Origin: Ylistrum balloti
Lineage: Eukaryota
Reading direction: 5' to 3'
Assembly: GCF_031769215.1 (NCBI RefSeq)
Contig: NW_026782221.1
Location: 1,116,001-1,180,000 of the forward strand
DNA: 64,000 nucleotides
Positions 1 to 12,500 of this stretch are shown here, one piece after another. The notes beneath the pieces were generated by a model. The model did no database searches, was not told the origin of the DNA, and saw only the letters and a program-made list of their open reading frames with translations. The translations under genes and the position numbers were made by a program. Every line of letters begins with the position of its first letter. The first letter of the stretch is position 1.

Positions 1-59
1 GATAACCTTCATTAGTTTTCTTTTCTATCTTTATACATATCTGTTTTGTTTACAGTTAT

Positions 60-640
60 ATCAATATTGAATTTTCCTAAACATGTTGATGTTGAGTCAA
101 CCTGAGTACTGTATGAAAATAAATGGCAAGAAAACAATTAAATTTCAATGTAGCCACTGTTTCACATCCTTCCTTCCCGAATCTATGGCGCTTACATGAC
201 ACAATTGATACGATGTTCAAGGGCTTGTTGCCAATATACCAATTTCCGTGCAAGACGCCAACAGCTAACGGATAAACTGACAACACAAGGGTTTGGAGGA
301 AGGTTGGTGAAGACTAAGGGGAGATTGATAGTCACCACAATCATTAGGATATTCTCTTTTTCCTTGCATGTGGATCCGTCTACATAGTATGCTCAGTATG
401 TCTGGTGGTTTGATTGCTGTAAACTTTGTACTCATTTAAGAACAGACATTACGTACATGGGTTGACCAAGGTTTACATGGCGGGTGTCGTAGATGAAGCA
501 GAAGACGCTTACTCTTCCAGAACACTTGGTCTTATTCTCCTTGTGCTTTTCAATGGCCTCTGTGTAAATATCTCCAGTAATATTTCCCCTTCGTTTCATA
601 GATTTTAAGTTTGAATATAAATTGTTTTAATATGTTGGTA
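60..640 (+). mobile_element. Decayed Penelope-like retroelement RT/thumb fragment with 3' segment
   Basis: RIYGAYMTQLIRCSRACCQYTNFRARRQQLTDKLTTQGF matches the AYGVYISQLIRYARAC...R...LT.KL..QGY pattern of molluscan PLE-like RTs (recalled consensus). In-frame stops lie upstream. It is followed by catggcgggtgt...gcttactcttcc, typical of these elements' 3' part. Confidence 0.65.
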
Positions 641-3600
641 TTTTCCTGTTTTATAGCTGACGCGTAATACACAGACTCCCAAGTATAGTTTGTACTGCGT
701 GTTCTTTTTTAACAATCAGTAGCTGTTTAAAAGGGCAGGTAGATGCTGCATCAGATTTCAATCAACGAAGATGGAATGAAGAACAAAACTAGAGTTAAGT
801 GTTTTATTTTTTTCAATGCACAATAAACACATATTGTATGATACAATAAAATTAATAAATAAAGATATTTTATATCGAGATGACATGCTGTTTTACTGGT
901 TATGTTGGATTTAATGAACACAGGTATACACACCATACAGAAATGTGAACATCACACATGTTTCTGTATTGTGTTGTAGAGACAAGCATTCCTAGATTTT
1001 TGCCAATATCTACCCGGGGCTTATTTTCCATTTGTAAAGGCATACCCTGTTTTGACTTTAAGCAGAACTGTGTGATTTATGAATTCACTGAAATGTATAA
1101 TGTTAGGAGGTACACACACCAGCTTTTAAAGAAATGTCAAGCTTTCCTGACAAATAAGAATGACTTTGGTGCTTATTTCTAGAATATGATTTCTTCATAC
1201 AAAGAAAGTTTTTATTGTTGCACATATGTTGTACTGAGTATGAACAATTCGTTCTTTACAATTCAGTTACACTTCAATGAATCCCACATCTTGCCAGTAA
1301 AATGAGCCGAATTCCATAAACGAAGTTGAATCTAAGTCTTGTTCTGTCAAAACCAACTTGTATTAATCAGAAGTGGTTGCACTGACTCCAGGACACAGAA
1401 TAAACATGGGATCTCAAACGTGAAGCTGATCATAACATGAAATACAATACATATTAAATCTTAAATTGTGCATCTGAAAAATTTCTTAACCATTTTTTTT
1501 TACTTCAACAATATATCTTGAAAAATGGTACTTTCTCAGCCTAGGAAATACATGTATGAGATACCATGCAAACAATGTTGAATCAGTCAAGCGCTGGGAT
1601 CATTTGGGAAGTTAACATGAACAGGGGAGACAACTCCCATTAAAATTCAACCTTTGAGCCAACCAACCTCTAACAGAATTTATGCATTGGGCAGAGCATC
1701 TGTTGGAGTTTTGTTTTCCTTGATACATTTAGACAGTACCATGCTTCCTATAGAACTGTTCTGTACCACTGTAACTGGGAGCATTTATTGGAGTCTGTAC
1801 TCAAATGTTTAAACTGAAAGAGATGCAATAGTGATGACTCCATGACATGGCCCACTGATATGACCATCTGTTAAACCAAAAAATACTTCGATGATGGTGT
1901 TGTCCATTCCTCAGCGGAATTAAATCATAGTTTTCTTGCCACATAAAATGATACAACATACATCTACAGGGAGTACATGAAACACTTTGAACAATTATGA
2001 AGCAGTTCAGTTGGAAAATGTTATTAAAACATCAATGTTTTGTAAAAGGAAGCTGTTTAGGAGGTACATCATGACTAGATCCTTATATCCCAGTACACTG
2101 GGTTACCTCTAAACCTGTCACTAACCAGTCTCTTGTTAAACCATTATAGGTATTTCAGTGCTACAGGAAACTTGTAAAAAAATGGATGTTGATTGAGACA
2201 TCAGTGTAGAAGTATATATATGTGAAAGAGTCACATTCTTATCCTTTTAACTGAAGTAACCAGGAAATTTTATATCAGTTGCATTTTCGTATCTGGCCAG
2301 TGACAAGATTTGAGAGGTTGGTAATATCAAGGGAAGACACCTCAATAGACTGGAGGTAGAACATACAATTTATAAACAAAATCTTTCTCTATGGGGTTTG
2401 ATAAACAATTTACATGTCAAAAAACTTGGACTTTAAGCACTTTACACCCATACAGAAATACATGAACGATGCAATTTAGTGAAGACTGAAAAGAAAAAAA
2501 TGAAATAAAAGAGAACTTTACTGGTAGTTATGTTTAGAAAACAGAAATTTTTTCAACAAAAAAAAAAAAAAAAAAAAAAGAAAAGGCTAATATCAGTTTT
2601 AGCCATGTGTATAATTATCTCATAACATGATATCAAATGATCTTCATTATTTTAACAGATTATAACTAATGGAGAATAACTTTGGATGAATGATTAAACA
2701 TTCTACCTTGCTCACAGATAACACACACAGACATGCTATTTCTAGCCTAGATTTATGTAAATATTTCCAATGCTGTCTAAGGTATGGAGTCCATACTTTT
2801 CATTGATTGGTAGAAGTCATGTATCCCACTTTTTTGTCACCTCATTATGACAATGCAGTAACAAAGATGGTAGGACACCAAACTGTATCTCTATGAAACA
2901 GAATACTTGTATAGCTGTATATATCTCTACACTTGAGTATATGCATGTTAAAAAAAACCCAAATAACATTGGCCTCAACCTTACGAGAACAATGACACCC
3001 ATATTGCACACTTAAATATACTAATGTATTACCTCTTGAAATTTCAGTAAGCTTAGATCCAAAGATAATAACCATACAAAACCGAATTGTTAAGTTCAAA
3101 TGGTCTAGCAGATTTTGAGTGGAATTTCCTCAAAACTGAACTTTGATAATGATATTTTGAAACTATCTGCCTAATTTGAAGGCATCTAAGATATCTGGAC
3201 AGAAAGATTTCAGACAGATGTTACTTTGGATGTCCTGACAGATTTATCACGACAGCTAGCGTAGTTATTGACTGTAATGATACATTGTACCATGCTCAGT
3301 AACCCTAATATTACAATTGAACTTGGGTTATTAATGATACGTAGTACTCGAGTTACCGAGGGACTTGCTGTGTGTTATCTACACTAGTAATATTGTTCCA
3401 AGTTGTGCAGTTGCCAGATTTTGAACAGGAACAGTAATACAAAGGGAGAGCACAGATAACAATATTACAAATAGAATTAATTTTCTGAAATTTAGTAAGA
3501 TTTACATGTACAACACAAATCTATACAACTGTCTGGAGATGACGGTTAAAAAGATTGCTAGCAGACCAACACTTAAACTATGGTATGTTATTGCCAAAGT

Positions 3601-4545
3601 GTAGTCCATAACTACGTTCAGCAGAAGTGTTTAAAGAAACAATTGGATGACTTCACAATGGAGAAGAAAATGTCACTACTACATACACAACGTACAAGAC
3701 TTATAGTCATGATGTCAACATATTCATAACAAATGTACAACAATAGCAATAAAATCCTTCAGGCAATATGCTGCTGACACTTCATTTTGATTTTTGTTCT
3801 CTCTACATTGGATATATTTACATCTGAATGCTATATACAAACAATGATAAATCCAATGTACTTTTTACATATTTACATATCTATATACAGGGAGTACTCG
3901 TGATGTAAACACTCGCACACAAACAGCAGTCAGGGAAACACAGACAAATTCGATGATGAGTCGGATTCTCTTTATCTACACTGGAATGTCCCAGAGAAAC
4001 CAATATAGCACAAAATTGGATGACAAAGTCGTATAAAATATTTATATCACACACATTGCACTGTTAGTGTCTAATGTTTCTATGTCCTAAATGTGGCACA
4101 TTTCTATAAACATAGGAGATATTTCTATTAATACACCCTGTAGAATTTCTCTCTTGTTATACTTAAAACAATGTTGCTACTGACAGGAGAACACTTTTCC
4201 ATGATTCTGTTTTAATTTAAAACATTGTCTCATAAGAAATGCCTGTCAGCTGACAGCTTATTGAGCATTGACCTTGTTGCCCGGCTGCCTAGTCCATTAT
4301 CTAAGCAGGCTATGTATCAAGCTCTATCAACACTTAGTGACAGCTATAGAAGTAAACTCTATACATGGTACACATACCATGCACACTAATAAATCTGGCT
4401 TATTCTATATCACAATGTTAATGCATTGTCTCATCAAAGAATTAAGTTTAAAATTGACCTTTGACAAAGAATTATTTACCAAGCACTATTCTCTGAGTCA
4501 AAGATACATCCAAGAATAGTGCAGCAATTTTGCAGCATTCGAAGT

Positions 4546-4836
4546 AACCACATTGGGTGCTGTAGAATTGATACTTCAAACATAGGAACCACAACTGGTG
4601 TTGATCAGTGGTAACTTCAAACGAAGGAATCATATCTGGTTTAGGAACCACATCCAATGCTGTAGAATCGATACTGCAAACATAGGAACCACATCTGGTG
4701 TTGGAACCACATCCAATGCTGTAGAATCGATACTGCAAACATAGGAACCACATCTGGTGTTGGAACCACATCCAATGCTGTAGAATCGATACTGCAAACA
4801 GAGGAACCATGTCTGGTGTTGGAACCACATCTGGTG
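4546..4836. repeat. 59-bp tandem repeat (3-4 copies plus degenerate end)
   Basis: ccaatgctgtagaatc recurs at 4654, 4713 and 4772. Confidence 0.9.
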
Positions 4837-5340
4837 TAGACAAAGTTTACCTGATTACTGCAAACAGAAATCTCCTTAGATACCACATGATAGTCCAATA
4901 ACAGGATACACTAATGTCATAATGTGTTATCCCAACGCAATGATATCATGTCCCGTCCTTTAACAATGGTTCCATTTAAAAGACTGCATCAAGCCAAGCC
5001 CTAACAAACCAAGTCCTACAGGTCTTGACTGGGGCTGGTTACACAGGGAACATCGGAAGTGTTAGCCGTGTTCCTTCAGCCATTTATACACACAATTCAG
5101 TCTATCTCAACTAGTGTTGGTCAGTGTTTTGAAATGTATTTCTAAAACTTTCACATCATATGTGCAAACTAAAAATGAATAAAAAAACTACATAATTTCT
5201 TAGAAAACCATCTCTGTATGCTTTAACTCTACCAATCCCCACATCAGGTAGAGTAAGAACAGTACAAATACTTTTTTTTCTGTGTCTTGGTTACATCTAT
5301 ATGTGAATTTCAGGTTCTTGTTTATATCTGGCACTATTGA

Positions 5341-5475
5341 TGTTGGACTGTCTTGGTATGCTGGAAGACTGATATGATGTGTATATGATATCTGTGTAGA
5401 ATTTATTAATGTTTCCTGGCCTTTAGGCCTGTTGGACTGTCTTGGTATGCTGGAAGACTGATATGATGTGTATAT
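5341..5475. repeat. 89-bp-period tandem duplication
   Basis: tgttggactgtcttggtatgctggaagactgatatgatgtgtatatg occurs at 5341 and 5430. Confidence 0.9.
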
Positions 5476-5608
5476 GGCATTTGTATAGAACTGACCAGTT
5501 GTTGTTGGTCAGTATCTGTCAGATTGTCCTTGTATGTTGGAAGTAAGATTTTTTGACTAAGAACCGGTACAGGTGTTTTCCTGCAAGAACAAAGGCAGAT
5601 ACATGTAC

Positions 5609-5626
5609 CTAAGTAATACTCATCAC
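5609..5626 (-). CDS. Candidate 18-nt micro-exon, or start of the terminal exon, of the semaphorin (GDEYYL)
   Basis: Strong acceptor tactttgtcag and donor-like tag|gtacat, phase 1 to 1. Read-through instead gives a 74-aa tail ending at 5406. There is no homology support. Confidence 0.35.
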   Translation of the reverse strand: MMSIT

Positions 5627-6245
5627 CTGACAAAGTAGTATAACAGATGAAATTATTCTACATCATTTATCAATTATTTGAAAATGTCAAAATTGATTTG
5701 TTTGAGAATGCTCACACATTAACAGCTGTGATGACACTTTTGCACTATCAATTAAACACATTTATACCATAGGTTTTACTCCATTGTTATTTTTTTTAAC
5801 TCTATTTAAATTTGCTTACCCATAATTCCCTAATCTTTTTCTGCTTTTCAAATTCATCACACCATTCCTCAAATTTCCTTTTCCATTCTGTTTCTATGTC
5901 ACCATTGTCTAGAAAATTAAAGATAAAAGAACGACTTTAAGAAATAATATGTTGATCAGTTTGAGTAGTGTGTATACTAAAGGAAAAACCAACAGCTATG
6001 TACAGCTCTTTTCTATCAACTGATGCAAAAGATTTGAATCACACTAAAATAACAAGCCTATTTCTAACAAGTTTCCCTCAGGTATTAGCAGTTATCTCCC
6101 TTGCTACTTTGCACATTAATATCACCAAAATATCAAGTAAAGTCAGTAATTTATATACAATCAAACATCATATACCTGTCATATTGATTATATTAGAGAG
6201 AACATTGCCCGTCTTGTCCATGGTGCTGTAAATTTAATATCTTAC

Positions 6246-6521
6246 CTTCTAAAACATTTAGATTGTACTCCGACAAAACATTGCCCATTTCGTCCACTGC
6301 ACTGTAAATTCCTTTATGGTCAGGTTGAATATCAGTCAAGATCAGTGAACCTTTGGGGTCAACGTGAAAATGATCTCCACGGCCTCCAAAATCAATGTCA
6401 GTAGGGTTTGAGTCCGAATTTTTCCTGTACTTCCATTGGACGGAGCGCTGTATGGTACATTTCATATAGGAGATGTCCAGTGCTATAGAGCTGCCCCTCG
6501 TTCTTACCTTATCATCCATAG
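6246..6521 (-). CDS. Sema2a: Semaphorin exon 16 (Ig-like domain)
   Basis: gttttag|(P)MDDKVRTRGSSIALDISYMKCTIQRSVQWKY...GSLILTDIQPDHKGIYSAVDEMGNVLSEYNLNVLE|gtaaga; 276 nt, phase 1 to 1. Has the Ig core Trp and an L-I-L-T-D...G-x-Y pattern. Confidence 0.9.
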
Positions 6522-9500
6522 CTAAAACATAAGACCAAACTCTAACCTGTCATTCACAGACAGCACATAATCAGTAAACTAAACTATGGGTTCAAACTAG
6601 AACTAATTGCAGCAGAACTGATTTTGTGTTTTTGTGTACCTACATACAATGTACTATTTCTTATGTACATTGTATATACAGCTAAAAAAAGTAGACATCT
6701 ATATTACCTCAATGCATGAAAACAATCTGAAGAAAATAATAATGTTTGTGTAACAAGTCTTTAACTTTTTCTGTGTGACAAAAATATCTAATATTTCTGT
6801 AGTTTAGATTAATAAGCATCCAAAATGAAAGTTGAAACTGATCAGGAAAAAGGGACTTGTTTTGTTAAACTTTGGAAATATAAATCCTTGTGTTTTGACA
6901 AAAGGCACAACAAGCCTGTATTTCTAACCTTGTATCCAACGTTTGTCAAAAATTGAATCAGCGTTTATGACAAAAACATGTACACCATCACCACTCAAAT
7001 TGGGCACATCACATAAATTCTCACCAATTTCCACAACAAAAAGCTTCTAAACCAACTCTAAACAGTGACAGTTATGACGTAATTTTGTTTTTCCTCAAAA
7101 TTTGTCATGCTTTGACCTAGTAACACCTTCCCACCAAATATCCTACTTCTTTGACTTTTGGTTTACCAGAAGAAGTCTTTTACAGGTTTTGATCATTTGA
7201 CCCCTGTGACCTTGAATATGATTCAAGGTCATTTCTTTTTTCTAAACACTGTCAGGTTAAACCCAGAGACCTATCAACCTTTTGGTTAATGAGAAGAAGT
7301 TTTTAAAAGGTTTTGAAAAAACCTCTGACATTGAGTATGGGTGACAGATGCTCTCCACACCATGGCATAAGCTCATTCCGCCTTTCCCAACAGTCGAGCT
7401 AAAAATGTAATATCAAACTTACGTGCTTCTGGGGTATAACTGTCAATATTCTTGTAAGTGTAATAGCTTGGTCTGAAATTAAAAATAAATCATATTACAA
7501 ATATCAACAAAGTCTATCAATGAACATTATTTCTGATTCAATGTTATTCTGGGTCAGAAATTCTGAAATCACCAACAGCATATACTATTGGCTTAGTAGA
7601 TGTTTTTATGAACTTTATGTTTTTTGTTCACCAAAATATCATACCACTTAGCAAATCTCTCACTAATAGACTAATCAAATATTGTAATACAGTGGATGAT
7701 GGTTGTAAATGTAATTAACTTGCTCATTACAGTTGTAAATGGAGATAATTAACTTGCTCATTAAAGTTGTAAATGGAGATAATTAACTTGCTCATTAAAG
7801 TTGTAAATGGAGATAATTAACTTGCTCATTAAAGTTTTAAATGGAGATAATTAACTTGCTCATTAAAGTTGTAAATGGAGATAATTAACTTGCTCATTAA
7901 AGTTGTAAATGGAGATAATTAACTTGCTCATTAAAGTTGTAAATGGAGATAATTAACTTGCTCATTAAAGTTGTAAATGGAGATAATTAACTTGCTCATT
8001 AAAGTTGTAAATGGAGATAATTAACTTGCTCATTAAAGTTGTAAATGGAGATAATTGACTTACTCATTAAAGTTGTAAATGGAGATAATTAACTTACTCA
8101 TTAAAGTTGTAAATGGAGATAATTGACTTACTCATTAAAGTTGTAAATGGAGATAATTGACTTACTCATTAAAGTTGTAAATGGAGATAATTGACTTACT
8201 CATTAAAGTTGTAAATGGAGATAATTGACTTACTCATTAAAGTTGTAAATGGAGATAATTGACTTACTCATTAAAGTTGTAAATGGAGATAATTGACTTA
8301 CTCATTAAAGTTGTAAATGGAGATAATTAACTTGCTCATTAAAGTTGTAAATGGAGATAATTGACTTACTCATTAAAGTAACTTCTGTCCATTCTGATAC
8401 ATTCTCCAGGAACTATTTTCCAGGCACAGAAGGGATCATGCGCACAGGTGTCAGTCTTATCGTATCTGCTACAAGTGACTATATTAACTTGCTTGACTGC
8501 AGTGTCAGATCCAACATAGATATTCTCTCCCTGAAAAGCACAGGTCCTGTTTGTATATCAAAGTCTGGTGTACTTATCACAACTACATAGATACTCTCTC
8601 CCTGAATACACAGGTCCTGTATGTATATCAAAGTCTGGTGTACTTATCACAACTACATAGATACTCTCTCCCTGAAAAGCACAGGTCCTGTTTGTATATC
8701 AAAGTCTGGTGTACTTATCACAACTACATAGATACTCTCTCCCTGAATACACAGGTCCTGTTATCTATAGTCTGGTGTACTTATCACAACTACATAGATA
8801 CTCTCTCCCTAAAAAACAAAGGTCCTGTAATATAGACTTTTAAACTTACCTTCAGTTTCATTGCCCATATTGGTTCAGGAATGTTAAAGAGGTTGTATAC
8901 ACTAGATATAATGCCCTGTTTAGAACCCTGTTCCAGGAATATCTTGTAGATCTGACCTTTACCTGTGAAAAAGGAAAGCAAAATATAGACAAGGAACACC
9001 ACCATGTTTAAGATTTTAGTGATTTAGATATAACAAAATTCTGAAATCATAATTAGAAAGTCAAACTTCTGTGAGATCATAACTCTAAACTACAGTTTGT
9101 GAAACGCAGGTAAGTAGAGAAAAGTTTTCTTCTTTACAGAACAAATTTGTGAAACGCAGGTAAGTAGAGAGAAGTTTTCTTCTCTACAGAACAAATTTGT
9201 GAAACGCAGTTAAGTAGAGAGAAGTTTTCTTCTCTACAGAACAAATTTGTGAAACGCAGGTAAGTAGAGAGAAGTTTTCTTCACTACAGTACAAATTTGT
9301 GAAACGCAGGTAAGTAGAGAGAAGTTTTCTTCTCTACAGAACAAATTTGTGAAACGCAGGTAAGTAGAGAGAAGTTTTCTTCACTACAGTACAAATTTGT
9401 GAAACGCAGGTAAGTAGAGAGAAGTTTTCTTCACTACAGTACAAATTTGTGAAACGCAGTTAAGTAGAGAGAAGTTTTCTTCTCTACAGAACAAATTTGT

Positions 9501-12500
9501 GAAGTGCAGGTAAGTAGAGAAATAATTTCTTCTCTACAGAACAAATTTGTGAAACGCAGGTAAGTAGAGAGAAGTTTTCTTCACAACAGTACAAATTTGT
9601 GAAACGCAGTTAAGTAGAGAGAAGTTTTCTTCTCTACAGAACAAATTTGTGAAGTGCAGGTAAGTAGAGAAATAATTTCTTCTCTACAGAACAAATTTGT
9701 GAAACGCAGGTAAGTAGAGAGAAGTTTTCTTTTCTACAGAACAAATAAAGAAGATTAGTCTAAATAACAAAATGTTTATCTTACCCAAGGACTTGGATGG
9801 TAAATGTTAAAACCCAACATTGGACTTACTTGTTGATGCAAAGAAAACAACTTCGTTTTCCATATTGATATCATGTGCGACCTCTAACTGGTGCATCTGT
9901 GTACCCATCTCATAGAATATTGGTTTCCCATTAAGGTGTTGAACTGCCTCGTCCATAAGGGGGTTTAACCGAATAAACGACAAAATGACATCAGACAGGT
10001 CCTTTGAATTATTATTACACTGAAAAGGTAAGAATACTGATGAACACGTTGCTGAAAATTGTTCAAATATCATTTTTATACTTTTACCTGTGTAGGATAC
10101 TATCCTGTTATATATAAAATCAGCAAGAAAAACAGCAAAATATTTTAAACATTTTACTTTGCACAAAATTGAAATTTCAAAATCTCAAAATTTAGTATTA
10201 AAGGAGGAAGAAATTCTGAGGTGCTGGTAAGGTTACTGGACTATACAGTCTTATGACCTACATTTGGTGGTCTATTAGGCCAGTTAGCAGGTTCGTTGTC
10301 CGCTGGAAGCCAGTTAGTGTTAGTACTGGCTTGTGATTTAAATCTTCCCCTGTAGGACCTCAGAATATCACTGACATTGTAGGCACAGATAGCTGAGGCT
10401 GATATACCATTCCTGGGAAGAGAAGATCACATTTAAGATGTACACAAACAAACATTTAATTTCTGAGTTTAAATTAACTGGGTAGTTCTCATATCTAAAG
10501 ATGACTTTATCATATTATGTATTTCTCTCCAAAATCACGTTTAGAACATACACAGAATAATAAAGTATATATAATTGATATTACATCATGGCTAGTTCTG
10601 TTCAAAATCACACATTTATTCCCTTGAATCCATCTAAGTGCTTTTTAATGTCTGTTGTGAAGTGTAAGATATGGCGTGTTATGTTGTACTCACACATTGG
10701 TAGTGAAGAGGCCATAGAATATGTCACCGACTCGCTCCACATCCTCTGTAATAGAAATACACTAATTAATATGGTCTCTAATACAATAACACTTAGTGTC
10801 CCCTGATATAGAAATACACTAATTAATACAGTCTCTAATACAATAACACTTAGTGTCCCCTGATATAGAAATACACTAATTAATACAGTCTCTAATACAA
10901 TAATACTTAGTGTCCCCTGATATAGAAATACACTAATTAATACAGTCTCTAATACAATAATACTTAGTGTCCCCTGATATAGAAATACACTAATTAATAC
11001 AGTCTCTAATACATGTCCCCTATATAGATAATACACTAATTAATACAGTCTCTAATACAATAATACTTAGTGTCCCCTGATATAGAAATACACTAATTAA
11101 TACAGTCTCTAATACAATAACACTTAGTGTCCCCTGATATAGAAATACACTAATTAATATGGTCTCTAATACAATAACACTTAGTGTCCCCTGATATAGA
11201 AATACACTAATTAATACAGTCTCTAATACAATAATACTTAGTGTCCTCTGATATAGAAATACACTAATTAATATGGTCTCTAATACGATAACACTTAGTG
11301 TCCTCGGGGTAGATGTAAAATAACTGCTCAACAGACAATACATAGTGTCCTCGGGGTATATGTAAAATAACTGCTCGTGAGTATATGTAAAATAACTGCT
11401 CAAGAGACAATACATAGTATCCTCGAGGTATATGTAAAATAACTGCTCAACAGACAATACATAGTGTCCTCGGGGTATATGTAAAATAACTGCTCCAACA
11501 GACAATACATAGTGTCCTCTGGGTATATGTAAAATAACTGCTCCAACAGACAATACATAGTGTCCTCGGGGTATATGTAAAATAACTGCTCAACAGACAA
11601 TACATAGTGTCCTCGGGGTATATGTAAAATAACTGCTCCAACAGACAATACATAGTGTTCTCTTGGTATATGTAAAATAACTGCTCAACAGACAATACAT
11701 AGTGTTCTTTGAGTATATGAAAAATAACTGCTGGTAGTTGTCTAATTCAACTTACGGATTTCATCAAAATATGATGGAAAGTCACCAGGAATTGAACAAT
11801 TAAGTCTGGACTTCTGGAATGATGTCCATCTGTTACGCAGGATACTTCTGGCTCCTCCTTGGTCCCTCTATATCAACAGAAAATATTACAGGCTCAATAT
11901 CCCGACAACAGTACATAGGTCAGTCGATTCACAAGTTAGAAAAGTGATTAAAATGTCATCACTGAATTGTCCTGTCATTTGACTAAACATGACACTGAAG
12001 ATTCTGAAATATCAAACGATCAATATGACATCTTTATTATGTACTGCAATATAAAACACTTATATACAATTTTATATTTATCTTTTCATAAAATTAACAG
12101 ATAAGAGCTAGACCATCAATTTTTACTGTTGTTTTGATCTACACTTTTTAAATAACTTGAAACAAGACATCCTACATTATCTAATGTATCTTAACCAGAG
12201 ACATATATAACACATGTGATATATACGTCTCTGTCTTAACCAAACACCTGTATAGTCCTGAAGGTGAATCATGAGATAAATAACATTACCTTGCAGATCT
12301 TGGCCACTCTGGAGAAGACCCGCTTCTCACAGTTGGTAAACTCCAATGCTACTTCTCTAAAGAAGATGTAAACACTGTCCCCCATGTCAAATGAGCCAAC
12401 AAACTGTCCCTCTGTTATAACAAAAACAAGAATGTTTAGACCAGCCATTTTGAGGTTTTCATTACATGTTTTTCTAAGATACATGGCCAAAAAATTATTT

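Noticed and set aside
2500-2585. AATAAA followed by a run of about 23 A
   Set aside because: No target-site duplication or recognisable retro-element or gene lies upstream on the plus strand, so it is treated as a homopolymer.
10608-11695. ORFs of 82-177 aa in intron 9
   Set aside because: They are translations of the 57- and 47-bp repeats. The real exon 10 uses another frame.
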